Positions 9,319 to 17,927 of a DNA stretch of 48,479 nt are shown piece after piece (positions within the stretch are counted from its first letter, which is position 1; every line of letters starts with the position of its first letter). This DNA comes from Bacilli bacterium (GTDB taxonomy: Bacteria > Bacillota_I > Bacilli_A > RFN20 > CAG-826), in NCBI GenBank assembly GCA_044341785.1, contig JBIIRB010000001.1, forward strand, positions 1 through 48,479, given 5' to 3'. Both the position numbers and the translations under genes were made by a program. The notes under the pieces were generated by a model. The model saw nothing but the letters and a program-made list of their open reading frames with translations, did no database searches and was not told where the DNA came from.

Positions 9319-9347
9319 AAAAAGCATCCGAGATGGATGCTTTTTTT
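9319..9347. terminator. Bidirectional intrinsic terminator shared by tRNA-Leu(GAG) and the convergent NERD gene
   Basis: AAAAA-GCATCC-gagat-GGATGC-TTTTTTT; the A-run and T-run flank a 6-bp GC-containing stem. Confidence 0.8.
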
Positions 9348-9999
9348 ATGAATTCATTTTGCGATACGATTTATATAACTTTTTATTTTCTTCACTTAAT
9401 CGATGAATGCTGTTCACCGCAAGTTGAACTTTCTCAGCATTGAGTTTCATGACTTTTCTGTCTTCAAAAGCCATGATCACTCTGGGCAATTTTTTTATCG
9501 AGGTGATATAACTCACAGCATCGCCGCGATTCACACGATCCATCATCGCTTCATCATTGACCACAATGATTGAAACAAATAAACTTTCATTCAACTGGGT
9601 TAATAACGATAACTTCTCGATTCGACGAGCATTGACGATGAATGGATTCTTAACATAAACGCCTTTTTTCTTATCAAAATGGTGAAACAACCAATTTTGA
9701 TCTTTATGTTTACCTAACATGGACCCATTGTAATATTCATCTTTAATGACATAGATATATTTATCACCAAAGAGTAAATGATCAATTTTTAAAAAGGTTG
9801 AATCGTCTAATTTTAGGATGACGGGATTAATCAATTGAAAATCTTGATCCTCAGCAATCCTGAGGATGGTTTTATGATAAATTTCCATATGCTGACGTTG
9901 ATAAAACCAATCCTTGATTGCAGGTTGTAAAAGCACGATTAAACTCGACAACGAAATCAAGGTTAAAACAAAAACAATGATCAGCTGCAATTCGGTCAT
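9346..9999 (-). CDS. Membrane-anchored NERD (nuclease-related domain)-like protein
   Basis: N-terminal TM helix ([21 protein letters not shown]). The pattern [25 protein letters not shown] ... [13 protein letters not shown] ... VSIIVVND resembles the NERD signature. Its ATG overlaps the deoD stop (ATGA). Confidence 0.5.
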   Translation of the reverse strand: MTELQLIIVFVLTLISLSSLIVLLQPAIKDWFYQRQHMEIYHKTILRIAEDQDFQLINPVILKLDDSTFLKIDHLLFGDKYIYVIKDEYYNGSMLGKHKDQNWLFHHFDKKKGVYVKNPFIVNARRIEKLSLLTQLNESLFVSIIVVNDEAMMDRVNRGDAVSYITSIKKLPRVIMAFEDRKVMKLNAEKVQLAVNSIHRLSEENKKLYKSYRKMNS

Positions 10000-10703
10000 G
10001 ATTCAGCAATCTCCAACGCCAGTGTCATCATCTTTCTAAGACCTTTTTCACGTTGTTCGCTTGTTGCCTTTTCATGGGTAATAAAATGATCCGTTACGCT
10101 TAAAATGGTGAGCGCTTTTTTGCCTAATTTTGCAGCATTCATGTATAAGGCAAAGGCTTCCATTTCAACTCCTAACACACCTAATCTTGCCCATTGTTTC
10201 CAACTTTCAGGATCTTCGTCATAAAAGACATCGGAACTTAAGACGTTTCCTGCAACAAGGTGAAGTCCCATTTTTAAACCTTGTTCATAAGCTTTTTTAG
10301 CCAATAAAAAATCTGCACCTGCCGAAAAGACACCTTGCAGGTTATATTGTGCGTTCCAATTACTGTTGGTCGAAGCTTGAACCGCGATTAAGATATCAAA
10401 CAGTTTTGTTTCGGCTTGAAAGGCACCACATGTACCAATACGAATGATGGTTTTCACACCAAAGTGGGTGAAAAGCTCATGGGAATAAATACCAATGCTA
10501 GGCATGCCCATGCCGGAAGCCATCACCGAAACACGTTTACCCTGATAAAGACCTGTATAACCAAAAATATTACGAACCGTATTAACGAGTTTGACTTCCG
10601 TTAAAAAATTGTCGGCGATGTATTTTGCGCGTAGAGGATCTCCAGGCATGAGCACAGTTGAAGCAAAATCACCTGGTTGGGCTTGGATATGCATGGTAGC
10701 CAT
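9996..10703 (-). CDS. deoD: Purine nucleoside phosphorylase, DeoD type
   Basis: Contains VLMPGDPLRAKYIA, VMASGMGMPSIGIYSHEL and GVEMEAFALY; 235 aa. Confidence 0.9.
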   Translation of the reverse strand: MATMHIQAQPGDFASTVLMPGDPLRAKYIADNFLTEVKLVNTVRNIFGYTGLYQGKRVSVMASGMGMPSIGIYSHELFTHFGVKTIIRIGTCGAFQAETKLFDILIAVQASTNSNWNAQYNLQGVFSAGADFLLAKKAYEQGLKMGLHLVAGNVLSSDVFYDEDPESWKQWARLGVLGVEMEAFALYMNAAKLGKKALTILSVTDHFITHEKATSEQREKGLRKMMTLALEIAES

Positions 10704-10772
10704 CGATAAAAAGCTCCTTGTCGTTGAATATGATTTTATATTAACACAAGACAGCCCATCATATCGAAGTCA

Positions 10773-12242
10773 TTATGCACGTTTGGTTTGCTTGATGAGT
10801 TTTTTTAATGATGGTATTTTCTCGATAAAAGATTGAAAGTCTACTAATTTCCATTCCCAATTGGGTGAACCCACCGTCCCTGGTGTGTTCATCCGGGCGC
10901 GATCATCGAGTTCGAGAATATCTTGTAAAGGAATCACGGCTAAATCGGCTAGGGATAACAACGTATAGGTGACCATGCGTTGGGCGATGGAATCTTTTTT
11001 TAATCCTTTCATGATCAAAAATTGTTCAAGTATTTTTTGGGCTTGAGAAGATAAACTTTCATACCAACCACGGGTGGTTTGATTGTCATGGGTCCCGGTA
11101 TAGGCAACCGCGTGAGATGTGGTTAAGTAAGGTTGTTGATTCACGTCTTGCCGTGAAGGATTAAGTTCAATGACAAATTGAATAATCTTCATGCCTGGTA
11201 ATTGAAAATGATCCCGTAATGCAAGAACTTCCGGTCGCAAATCACCTAAATCTTCTGCGATGATGTTTAAGTCAGGATAGGCATGCCGCAAAGCATGAAA
11301 TAAGGCATGTCCTGGAGCTTCAATCCACGCACCTTCAACGGCAGTTGGACAGCTCGCAGGGATTTTCCAATACGTATCAAAACCGCGGAAATGATCAATG
11401 CGAATGGTATCAAATAAAGTCGCATTATAACGTAATCGATTAAGCCAAAATTGAAAACCATCTTTTTCCATTTTGTCCCAACGATAAAGTGGATTACCCC
11501 ACCGTTGACCTGTTTTAGAAAAATAGTCTGGAGGAACGCCCGCAATGTGGGTAGGATTGCCATCGGCATTTAATAAAAATTGATCCTGATTAAACCACAC
11601 ATCATCGCTATCAATGCCTACATAAATCGGAATATCTCCAATCAGTTCAATACCGAGCTTGAGTGCAAATTGTTGCAAGGCACGCCACTGTTCAAAAAGC
11701 TTAAATTGAAGAAACATTTCATAAGCAATGCTCGGTTCAAATGCCGATAAATCTTTCGTTGGCTTTTGACCGTATTCTTTAAATTGTTTTGGCCACTCAG
11801 TCCATAAACGTAACTGATTTAATTTTTTAAAAGTAATAAAAATGGCATATTGTCTTACCCAAGAATTTTGCTGAATGAACTGTTGATACGCTCGATTAGG
11901 TTTGAAGGCTTGAAACGCCGTTTGAAGATAGGTTGATTTAAACTTTCGAACGGCATCATACTGAACAGATGTTGATTGTTTTTGAAAAGGTTTTAAGGTT
12001 TTGATTAATTGATCTTTCTTCAATAAGTCCAGTGACAAATACAATTCGTCCATCGCGTTTGAAGAATAAGGCTGATAAGGAGAATTACCATATCCCAGTG
12101 GATTTAATGGTAATACTTGCCAAGCCTTCACGCCTGCTTTTTTGAGTAAGCGTAGCCACCGATAAGCTTGGGGACCGAAGTCACCAATCCCATAAGGGGA
12201 TGGTAAGGAAGAAACGGCAAGCAAAATTCCAGATTTTCTCAT
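10773..12242 (-). CDS. malQ: 4-alpha-glucanotransferase (amylomaltase, GH77)
   Basis: Contains SGILLAVSSLPSPYGIGDFG, GDIPIYVGIDSDDVW, IDHFRGF and GTHDN. The start was moved to the ATG at 12242 (GGAG lies 8 nt upstream) from the ORF-track start at 12272. Confidence 0.9.
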   Translation of the reverse strand: MRKSGILLAVSSLPSPYGIGDFGPQAYRWLRLLKKAGVKAWQVLPLNPLGYGNSPYQPYSSNAMDELYLSLDLLKKDQLIKTLKPFQKQSTSVQYDAVRKFKSTYLQTAFQAFKPNRAYQQFIQQNSWVRQYAIFITFKKLNQLRLWTEWPKQFKEYGQKPTKDLSAFEPSIAYEMFLQFKLFEQWRALQQFALKLGIELIGDIPIYVGIDSDDVWFNQDQFLLNADGNPTHIAGVPPDYFSKTGQRWGNPLYRWDKMEKDGFQFWLNRLRYNATLFDTIRIDHFRGFDTYWKIPASCPTAVEGAWIEAPGHALFHALRHAYPDLNIIAEDLGDLRPEVLALRDHFQLPGMKIIQFVIELNPSRQDVNQQPYLTTSHAVAYTGTHDNQTTRGWYESLSSQAQKILEQFLIMKGLKKDSIAQRMVTYTLLSLADLAVIPLQDILELDDRARMNTPGTVGSPNWEWKLVDFQSFIEKIPSLKKLIKQTKRA

Positions 12243-12290
12243 AACAATTTCTCCACAAGCATTATATAACAAAAGTGATTTTTTTAACCC

Positions 12291-12318
12291 AAATGAAAAG
12301 GCCCTAAAAAAGGGCCTT
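12291..12318 (-). terminator. Intrinsic terminator after the sugar ABC ATPase gene
   Basis: Minus strand: AAGGCCCT-ttttt-AGGGCCTT followed by TTCATTT. A TATAAT for malQ follows about 20 nt downstream. Confidence 0.6.
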
Positions 12319-12348
12319 ATTGAAGATTAATCTTGAGGAAAACTCCAA

Positions 12349-13455
12349 CTAAAAGATGGCGACTCCATTTTCTGATTTATCAAATAAATGCATCTTATTA
12401 AGATTCATCGAGATTTTTACAACATCCCCGATGCGATAAAGACGATTTTCTTGAGCGGGTACTTTAGCAATGAGGTTATTACCTGCAAAATCCGAGTGCA
12501 GAATATATTCATGACCGAGCAATTCAGCGACTTTGATCGTGGCTGGGAACGTGGCTTCAGGAAATTCTTTTTCAAAGAACTCAATGCCACCGTGAACGTC
12601 TTCTGGACGAAGACCAAACACAACTTCTTTACCTTCTAATGCTTCCACTTTTTTAGCAAACGCTTTTGGAACAGGAACCACAACACCTTTGCCAAAATCA
12701 AGTTTACCGTTGCGGATTTTGCAATCCATGAGATTCATGGGTGGAGAACCAATAAATGAGGCAACAAATAAATTAGCGGGATGATTATAAATATCAATGG
12801 GAGCACCAATTTGTTGAATATAACCACCGCGCATGACAACGATTTTCGTCGCCATGGTCATCGCTTCAGTCTGATCGTGGGTAACGTAAATGGTGGTTGC
12901 TCCTAAACTTTCATGGAGTTTAATGATTTCAGAACGCATTTGAACACGCAGTTTGGCATCAAGGTTCGATAAAGGTTCATCCATTAAAAATACTTTAGGA
13001 TTGCGCACAATAGCACGGCCTAATGCCACACGTTGACGTTGACCACCGGATAACTGCTTGGGTTTACGATTGAGAAATTGTTCAATCTCTAACTTCCGTG
13101 CAGCGCGATGAACACGTTCATCGATTTCTTGTTTAGGAAGATGACGAATTTTTAAACCAAAAGCCATGTTGTCATAAACAGACATATGCGGATAGAGAGC
13201 ATAACTTTGAAACACCATGGCAATATCTCGATCCTTCGGTGTGACATCGTTGGAAAGAACATCATCAATAAAAAGTTCTCCGCTCGTGATGTCTTCTAAG
13301 CCAGCAATCATGCGAAGCGTTGTTGTTTTTCCACAACCCGATGGACCAACGAAGACAATAAATTCTTTATCCTTAATTTCTAGGTTAAAATCGAAAACGG
13401 CTTGAACATTGTTATCGTAAATCTTATTAATATTCTTGAGAATGACTTTTGCCAT
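12349..13455 (-). CDS. Sugar ABC transporter ATP-binding protein (MsmK/MalK/UgpC type)
   Basis: Walker A GPSGCGKTT, signature LSGGQRQR, Walker B VFLMDEPLS, and a C-terminal MalK-like regulatory/OB domain. No permease or binding-protein gene is adjacent. Confidence 0.9.
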   Translation of the reverse strand: MAKVILKNINKIYDNNVQAVFDFNLEIKDKEFIVFVGPSGCGKTTTLRMIAGLEDITSGELFIDDVLSNDVTPKDRDIAMVFQSYALYPHMSVYDNMAFGLKIRHLPKQEIDERVHRAARKLEIEQFLNRKPKQLSGGQRQRVALGRAIVRNPKVFLMDEPLSNLDAKLRVQMRSEIIKLHESLGATTIYVTHDQTEAMTMATKIVVMRGGYIQQIGAPIDIYNHPANLFVASFIGSPPMNLMDCKIRNGKLDFGKGVVVPVPKAFAKKVEALEGKEVVFGLRPEDVHGGIEFFEKEFPEATFPATIKVAELLGHEYILHSDFAGNNLIAKVPAQENRLYRIGDVVKISMNLNKMHLFDKSENGVAIF

Positions 13456-13498
13456 AATATGCTCCTTTGATTTAATTTATCATACCTTATCTCAATTC

Positions 13499-13519
13499 AT
13501 TTGTGCAACTTGCACAAAT
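13499..13519. promoter_or_regulatory. Perfect 9-bp inverted repeat (ATTTGTGCA-act-TGCACAAAT) overlapping the putative -35 of the ABC ATPase gene; candidate operator
   Basis: Read directly from the sequence. On the minus strand TTGCAC (13503-13508), an 18-nt spacer and TATGAT (13479-13484) form a plausible promoter, followed by AAAGGAG and the ATG at 13455. No T-run follows the hairpin. Confidence 0.4.
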
Positions 13520-13520
13520 A

Positions 13521-14090
13521 TTATTTGGTTTTCAACAGTCTTGAGGCTAATTCAAAATAAAGCGCATGCCGATAATCACGAATATCAAGACCGGTTAAGG
13601 CGATAAATTTATGTAGCCGATAGTTAAATGTATTGCGGTGAATGTAAAGTTTGTTGGCAGTTTTAATCGCATTTAAGCCACAATGAATAAACATGGAAGC
13701 CGTTAAAATGATTTCGCGAGGAATATTCTTAAATTCATCAATCACAAAGAGGTTAAATTGCGAATCGCCGTCCATTAATCGCTCCATCAAAACATCTCCC
13801 AGATAGCGACAAGTTGAAACCCCTTTTTGAATCAAAAAACGAAGCACGTGATTGGCTAATCGATGATTTTGATGACTCACTAAGATGGTTAAACCAATTC
13901 CTAAATCTTGGTTAATTAAGGGAATAAGCGTTTCTAAAATATCAAATAGTTTTTCATCTGCAATGATGAATCCTTGATTGATTTCAATCATTTCAAACGT
14001 AAAATCATCACGATAATTTTCAGCAATAATATCTTTGATTTGTTTAGGTTGAAATTTAGTTTTTGAATGAAAAAGATAATAATTTTTCAT
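13521..14090 (-). CDS. Short PucR/CdaR-like transcriptional regulator (C-terminal HTH)
   Basis: The C-terminal TANKLYIHRNTFNYRLHKFIALTGLD matches the PucR-type HTH pattern. It is only 189 aa and overlaps the glucosidase gene by 4 nt. Confidence 0.55.
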   Translation of the reverse strand: MKNYYLFHSKTKFQPKQIKDIIAENYRDDFTFEMIEINQGFIIADEKLFDILETLIPLINQDLGIGLTILVSHQNHRLANHVLRFLIQKGVSTCRYLGDVLMERLMDGDSQFNLFVIDEFKNIPREIILTASMFIHCGLNAIKTANKLYIHRNTFNYRLHKFIALTGLDIRDYRHALYFELASRLLKTK

Positions 14091-15796
14091 GCCAAATCGA
14101 TTTCAAAAATATAGCTTTCAAAAGGTCTTAAACGTAAGATCAAACCAGTTTTTTCCATCAAAGGATAATTGTGTAGCAAGGTCTTTTTAATCGCGTATCT
14201 TAAACGGAATTCCACTTCATAAGGGCGAAAATTAGAAACAATGAGTAATGGATAATCACCACGATGGATATACGCAAATACATCTGGATTTTGAGCGTCT
14301 TCAAGGACAAATTCACCTTCTAGAACGGCCGTCATCACTTCTGATTTTTTTCGTAAAGCAATGGCTTTTCTTGTAAAGTTTAAAATTGAATGAGGATCTT
14401 TTTCTTGTTGTGCTACGTTGACAAACAAATAGTTACTATTCACTTTGATGTCGGGTTCGGTGATTGAAAAACCAGCAAAGGGTTCGTTACTCCACTGCAT
14501 GGGCGTTCGCGCGTTAATGCGGGAAGTCCTTCGAAGAAAACGAATGATTTCATCTTCATTAAGACGATTGGAAGCTTCTTTAGCGTAATTCATCGCCGAT
14601 ACATCTTTAAAGTCAGCCAAATTTTCATAGTCCACATTACTCATGCCAATCTCTTCTCCGTAGTATAAAAAGGGAGTTCCATACATAAACAGTAAGGTCA
14701 TTAACAACATCTTCGCCGATTCTTTGCGATACTTTGTGGAGCCATATTGTGAAACGACCCGTGGGTGATCATGATTAAGCCAATACACGGGGAGCCAGGT
14801 ATCCTGATGATTTGACTCATACCATTTCAAAAAAAGGTTTTTTAAGTTGATGACATTAGTGTTAATTTCGTGATCAAGTTTATTTTCACTTCCAAAAGCA
14901 CCATTTTCCCAGCAAGTGTCAAAATTAAACACCATATTCAAAGGACCTTTGTTGAATGAAGCATATTTAAGCGCTTCTTTAGGAGAAGCGCCGCCGCCAA
15001 CTTCACCAATGGCCAAAGCTTTGGGATAGCGAACAAGCACTTCTTGTCGAAACTCATTTAAGTAATCAAACAAGCGAGGAAGGGAAGAAAATTTAGTCGA
15101 ATCAAGCACGGTCCCTTGCGGACCCACGGATAACTTTGAATCTCTAAATTGGCTGTCCTTGGCAAGATGGGCAATGGCATCCATGCGAAAACCATCTGCA
15201 CCTAAATCGAGCCAATGTTTAGCCACTTGATACATTTCTTTTCTCAACGGTTCATGTTCCCAATTTAAATCAGGCATCTTTTTGGAGAATATTTTTAAAT
15301 AGTATTGCCCTGCTTCTTCATCATAGGCCCAAGAGGAATCATCAAAATACCCTTGCCAATTCGTTGGCGGAATACGTTCACCTTGACCATTTTTTCTCGC
15401 ATCTTTCCAAATATAATATTGATGATATTTGGAATATTTGTTTTTCCGGGATTCAATAAACCATGGATGTTCATCTGACGTATGATTAAGAACTAAATCA
15501 ATAATGACTTTGATTCCTAATCCATGCGCAAATTTTAAAAGTTCTTTAAAATCTTGATTCGTTCCAAAAGAAGAATCAACTTGATAAAAATCAGAAACGT
15601 CATAGCCCGAGTCATCCATTGGGGATTGATAAAATGGACAAATCCAAATTAAATTAACTCCTAAACTTGCAATGTAAGGTAATTTTAAAATAATACCCTT
15701 TAAATCACCAACACCGTCGCCATTGGCATCATAAAAAGACTTTGGAAAAATTTCATAACCAATGGCTTCTTTCCACCAAATTCGTGAGGAAGGCAC
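14087..15796 (-). CDS. GH13 alpha-glucosidase / oligo-1,6-glucosidase-like
   Basis: Contains WWKEAIGYEIFPKSFYDANGDGVGDLKG, DLVLNHTSDEH, GADGFRMDAI, GEVGG and NHDHPR conserved regions. Confidence 0.9.
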   Translation of the reverse strand: MPSSRIWWKEAIGYEIFPKSFYDANGDGVGDLKGIILKLPYIASLGVNLIWICPFYQSPMDDSGYDVSDFYQVDSSFGTNQDFKELLKFAHGLGIKVIIDLVLNHTSDEHPWFIESRKNKYSKYHQYYIWKDARKNGQGERIPPTNWQGYFDDSSWAYDEEAGQYYLKIFSKKMPDLNWEHEPLRKEMYQVAKHWLDLGADGFRMDAIAHLAKDSQFRDSKLSVGPQGTVLDSTKFSSLPRLFDYLNEFRQEVLVRYPKALAIGEVGGGASPKEALKYASFNKGPLNMVFNFDTCWENGAFGSENKLDHEINTNVINLKNLFLKWYESNHQDTWLPVYWLNHDHPRVVSQYGSTKYRKESAKMLLMTLLFMYGTPFLYYGEEIGMSNVDYENLADFKDVSAMNYAKEASNRLNEDEIIRFLRRTSRINARTPMQWSNEPFAGFSITEPDIKVNSNYLFVNVAQQEKDPHSILNFTRKAIALRKKSEVMTAVLEGEFVLEDAQNPDVFAYIHRGDYPLLIVSNFRPYEVEFRLRYAIKKTLLHNYPLMEKTGLILRLRPFESYIFEIDLA

Positions 15797-15797
15797 G

Positions 15798-16403
15798 TTA
15801 ATCGACCTCGATTCCTTTTTTTAATGCTGATTGGATGGCGCGCATGACTTCGGCTTGGGTTACCTTCGTTGATAAAGGTGGTAATGCATCGAGCGGGAAA
15901 AACCGAACATCAAGCGTTTCATGGTGATGTGCGGACGATAACGAAACTAATTTTCCTTTAAAAATCAAAGCATATTCGGGAACACTCGTGGGTTCTTTAA
16001 ACGGAGTACGATTAAAAATAGCAGTTAAGCGTTCGATCTTTACAACAGCACCCGCTTCTTGTAAACATTCTTTGATGGCAGCCTCTTTAGGCGTTTCATA
16101 TAAATCAGCCCACCCGCCTGGTAACGAGTATTTCAAATCATTTTTTTCTTGCACCATCAGCACTTCATTTTTTTCATTAAAAATAACGGTGCGAACAGAA
16201 ACATTTGGTGTTGGATAAACTTTGCGGGAAAAATAATTGGGACGTTCAAAACTAATCTCCATAAATTGTTCGAGCATCTTTCTGGTTAGCTCATTGATAT
16301 CATGATAATTTTCAAGTGCATAAGGATCTTTTGAAAATTCAAGACCAATTTTAGCGATGCTTTGAACTTTAATTAAAAAATCATAAAAACTCATTTTTTC
16401 CAT
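15798..16403 (-). CDS. NUDIX hydrolase with N-terminal Nudix_N-type helical domain
   Basis: Nudix box GGWADLYETPKEAAIKECLQEAG. The stop is 1 nt from the glucosidase start. Confidence 0.8.
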   Translation of the reverse strand: MEKMSFYDFLIKVQSIAKIGLEFSKDPYALENYHDINELTRKMLEQFMEISFERPNYFSRKVYPTPNVSVRTVIFNEKNEVLMVQEKNDLKYSLPGGWADLYETPKEAAIKECLQEAGAVVKIERLTAIFNRTPFKEPTSVPEYALIFKGKLVSLSSAHHHETLDVRFFPLDALPPLSTKVTQAEVMRAIQSALKKGIEVD

Positions 16404-16513
16404 TGATTAGATTATATAACATGCAACATTGAATAAAAATAAAGTCAAAAATGCTTACATTTGTTTCTAAATAGTATAAAATAAAATCAATAAGAAAGAG
16501 GAACAATCACACC

Positions 16514-16972
16514 ATGGATTTCTTAAACTTAGCTTGGTTTGGTATCTTGATTTGGGCTCTTGTTTTTGTCATTGCCCTTATTGTTGAATTAATTGAACCT
16601 CAATTAGTGTCCATTTGGTTTGCCTTAGCTTCTTTTATTACACTATTGGTCCAAACAATCTTTTCTTTACCCTTTTTCTTTCAAGTCATTATTTTTATTC
16701 TTACTAGTGCTCTAGCACTTTATCTTTCGCGACCCATCTATCAGCAATTTATTAAAAAGCAAAAAACCACATTAACCAATGCTGCTAGCATGATAGGAAA
16801 AGATATCAAAATATTAACGACTTGTGATAAAGCCAATCCTGGTAAAGGGCTTTTTGGTGATGTCCAATGGACGATCATCACGGACGAAGACACGCGCTTT
16901 AAAACAAATGATATTGCCACAATTACCGCTTTAAAAGGTAATAAGGCTATCATTAAAAGGAAAGTAGGATAA
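16514..16972 (+). CDS. NfeD-family membrane protein
   Basis: Three N-terminal TM helices plus a C-terminal soluble beta-domain, placed immediately upstream of an SPFH gene (the classic NfeD-SPFH pair). Confidence 0.75.
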   Translation: MDFLNLAWFGILIWALVFVIALIVELIEPQLVSIWFALASFITLLVQTIFSLPFFFQVIIFILTSALALYLSRPIYQQFIKKQKTTLTNAASMIGKDIKILTTCDKANPGKGLFGDVQWTIITDEDTRFKTNDIATITALKGNKAIIKRKVG

Positions 16973-16976
16973 ATAC

Positions 16977-17894
16977 ATGGAAGTTTTTGGATTAATTGCA
17001 ATTTTTGTTATCGTATTTTTGCTTGTGATCGTCTTAACACGATCAATCATTATCGTGTCTCAAGCATCATCAGTCATTGTTCAACGCTTGGGTAAATATT
17101 ATAAGACTCTAGAAGCGGGTATCCATTTCAATATTCCTATTATTGATTCGGTTTTACCTTTCATTTCGATGAAAGAACGAGTGTCAGATTTTCCTCCACA
17201 ACCTGTCATTACCAAAGATAATGTAACGATGCAAATCGATACCGTGGTTTATTATCAAGTCACAGATTCTAAACTGTTTGCTTATGGTGTGGAACGTCCA
17301 ATTCAAGCCTTGGAGAACCTTACCGCAACCACGCTTCGTAATCTAATTGGGGACTTAGAACTTGATCAAACACTGACTTCACGCGATAAAATTAACGGCA
17401 AAATGTGGGAAGTTCTTGAAGAAGCTACCGATGCCTGGGGTATTAAAGTCAATCGCGTAGAATTGAAGAACATTATACCTCCTCGCGATATTCAAGAAGC
17501 CATGGAAAAACAAATGCGCGCTGAGCGTATGAAACGCCAAGTGATTTTAGATGCTGAAGGTCAAAAGCAAGCAGCTATTTTAGTCGCTGAAGGTGAACGA
17601 GCATCCGCAATTCTACGCGCTGAAGCTGTAAAAATTCAAAAAATAACGGAAGCAGAAGGTGAAGCATCGGCCATCTTAGCTATCTTTGAAGCTCAAGCAA
17701 AAGGAATTAAATTAATCAATACTGCTAAACCTGACTCGGCTTATTTAACTTTGAAAGGCTTTGAAGCCTTAGAAAAAGTCGCAAATGGTCAGGCAACTAA
17801 ACTGATCATCCCGAGTGAAATTCAAAATGTCACAGGGCTCGTCGCTTCTCTGAAAGAAGTGCTTACCGATCCGGAGAAAAAGAAAAAAGAATAG
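16977..17894 (+). CDS. SPFH/band-7 (stomatin/prohibitin-like) protein
   Basis: N-terminal TM anchor, an SPFH core (QPVITKDNVTMQIDTVVYYQV) and a coiled-coil region (IPPRDIQEAMEKQMRAERMKR). Confidence 0.9.
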   Translation: MEVFGLIAIFVIVFLLVIVLTRSIIIVSQASSVIVQRLGKYYKTLEAGIHFNIPIIDSVLPFISMKERVSDFPPQPVITKDNVTMQIDTVVYYQVTDSKLFAYGVERPIQALENLTATTLRNLIGDLELDQTLTSRDKINGKMWEVLEEATDAWGIKVNRVELKNIIPPRDIQEAMEKQMRAERMKRQVILDAEGQKQAAILVAEGERASAILRAEAVKIQKITEAEGEASAILAIFEAQAKGIKLINTAKPDSAYLTLKGFEALEKVANGQATKLIIPSEIQNVTGLVASLKEVLTDPEKKKKE

Positions 17895-17899
17895 ATCAC

Positions 17900-17927
17900 A
17901 AAACCAGCTAGATTAGCTGGTTTTTTT
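17900..17927. terminator. Bidirectional terminator between the convergent SPFH gene and glmS
   Basis: AAAA-CCAGCTA-gat-TAGCTGG-TTTTTTT. The T-run overlaps the glmS stop codon. Confidence 0.8.

Noticed and set aside
10591-10836. 81-aa plus-strand ORF spanning the deoD/malQ junction
   Set aside because: It overlaps the starts or ends of two confident minus-strand genes and has no RBS, so it is likely a chance ORF.
13499-13519. Reading the TGTGCAAGTTGCACA palindrome as a CcpA cre site or as the terminator of the regulator gene
   Set aside because: It lacks the central CG and the spacing of the cre consensus (TGWAANCGNTNWCA). As a terminator it has a 3-nt loop and no following T-run.
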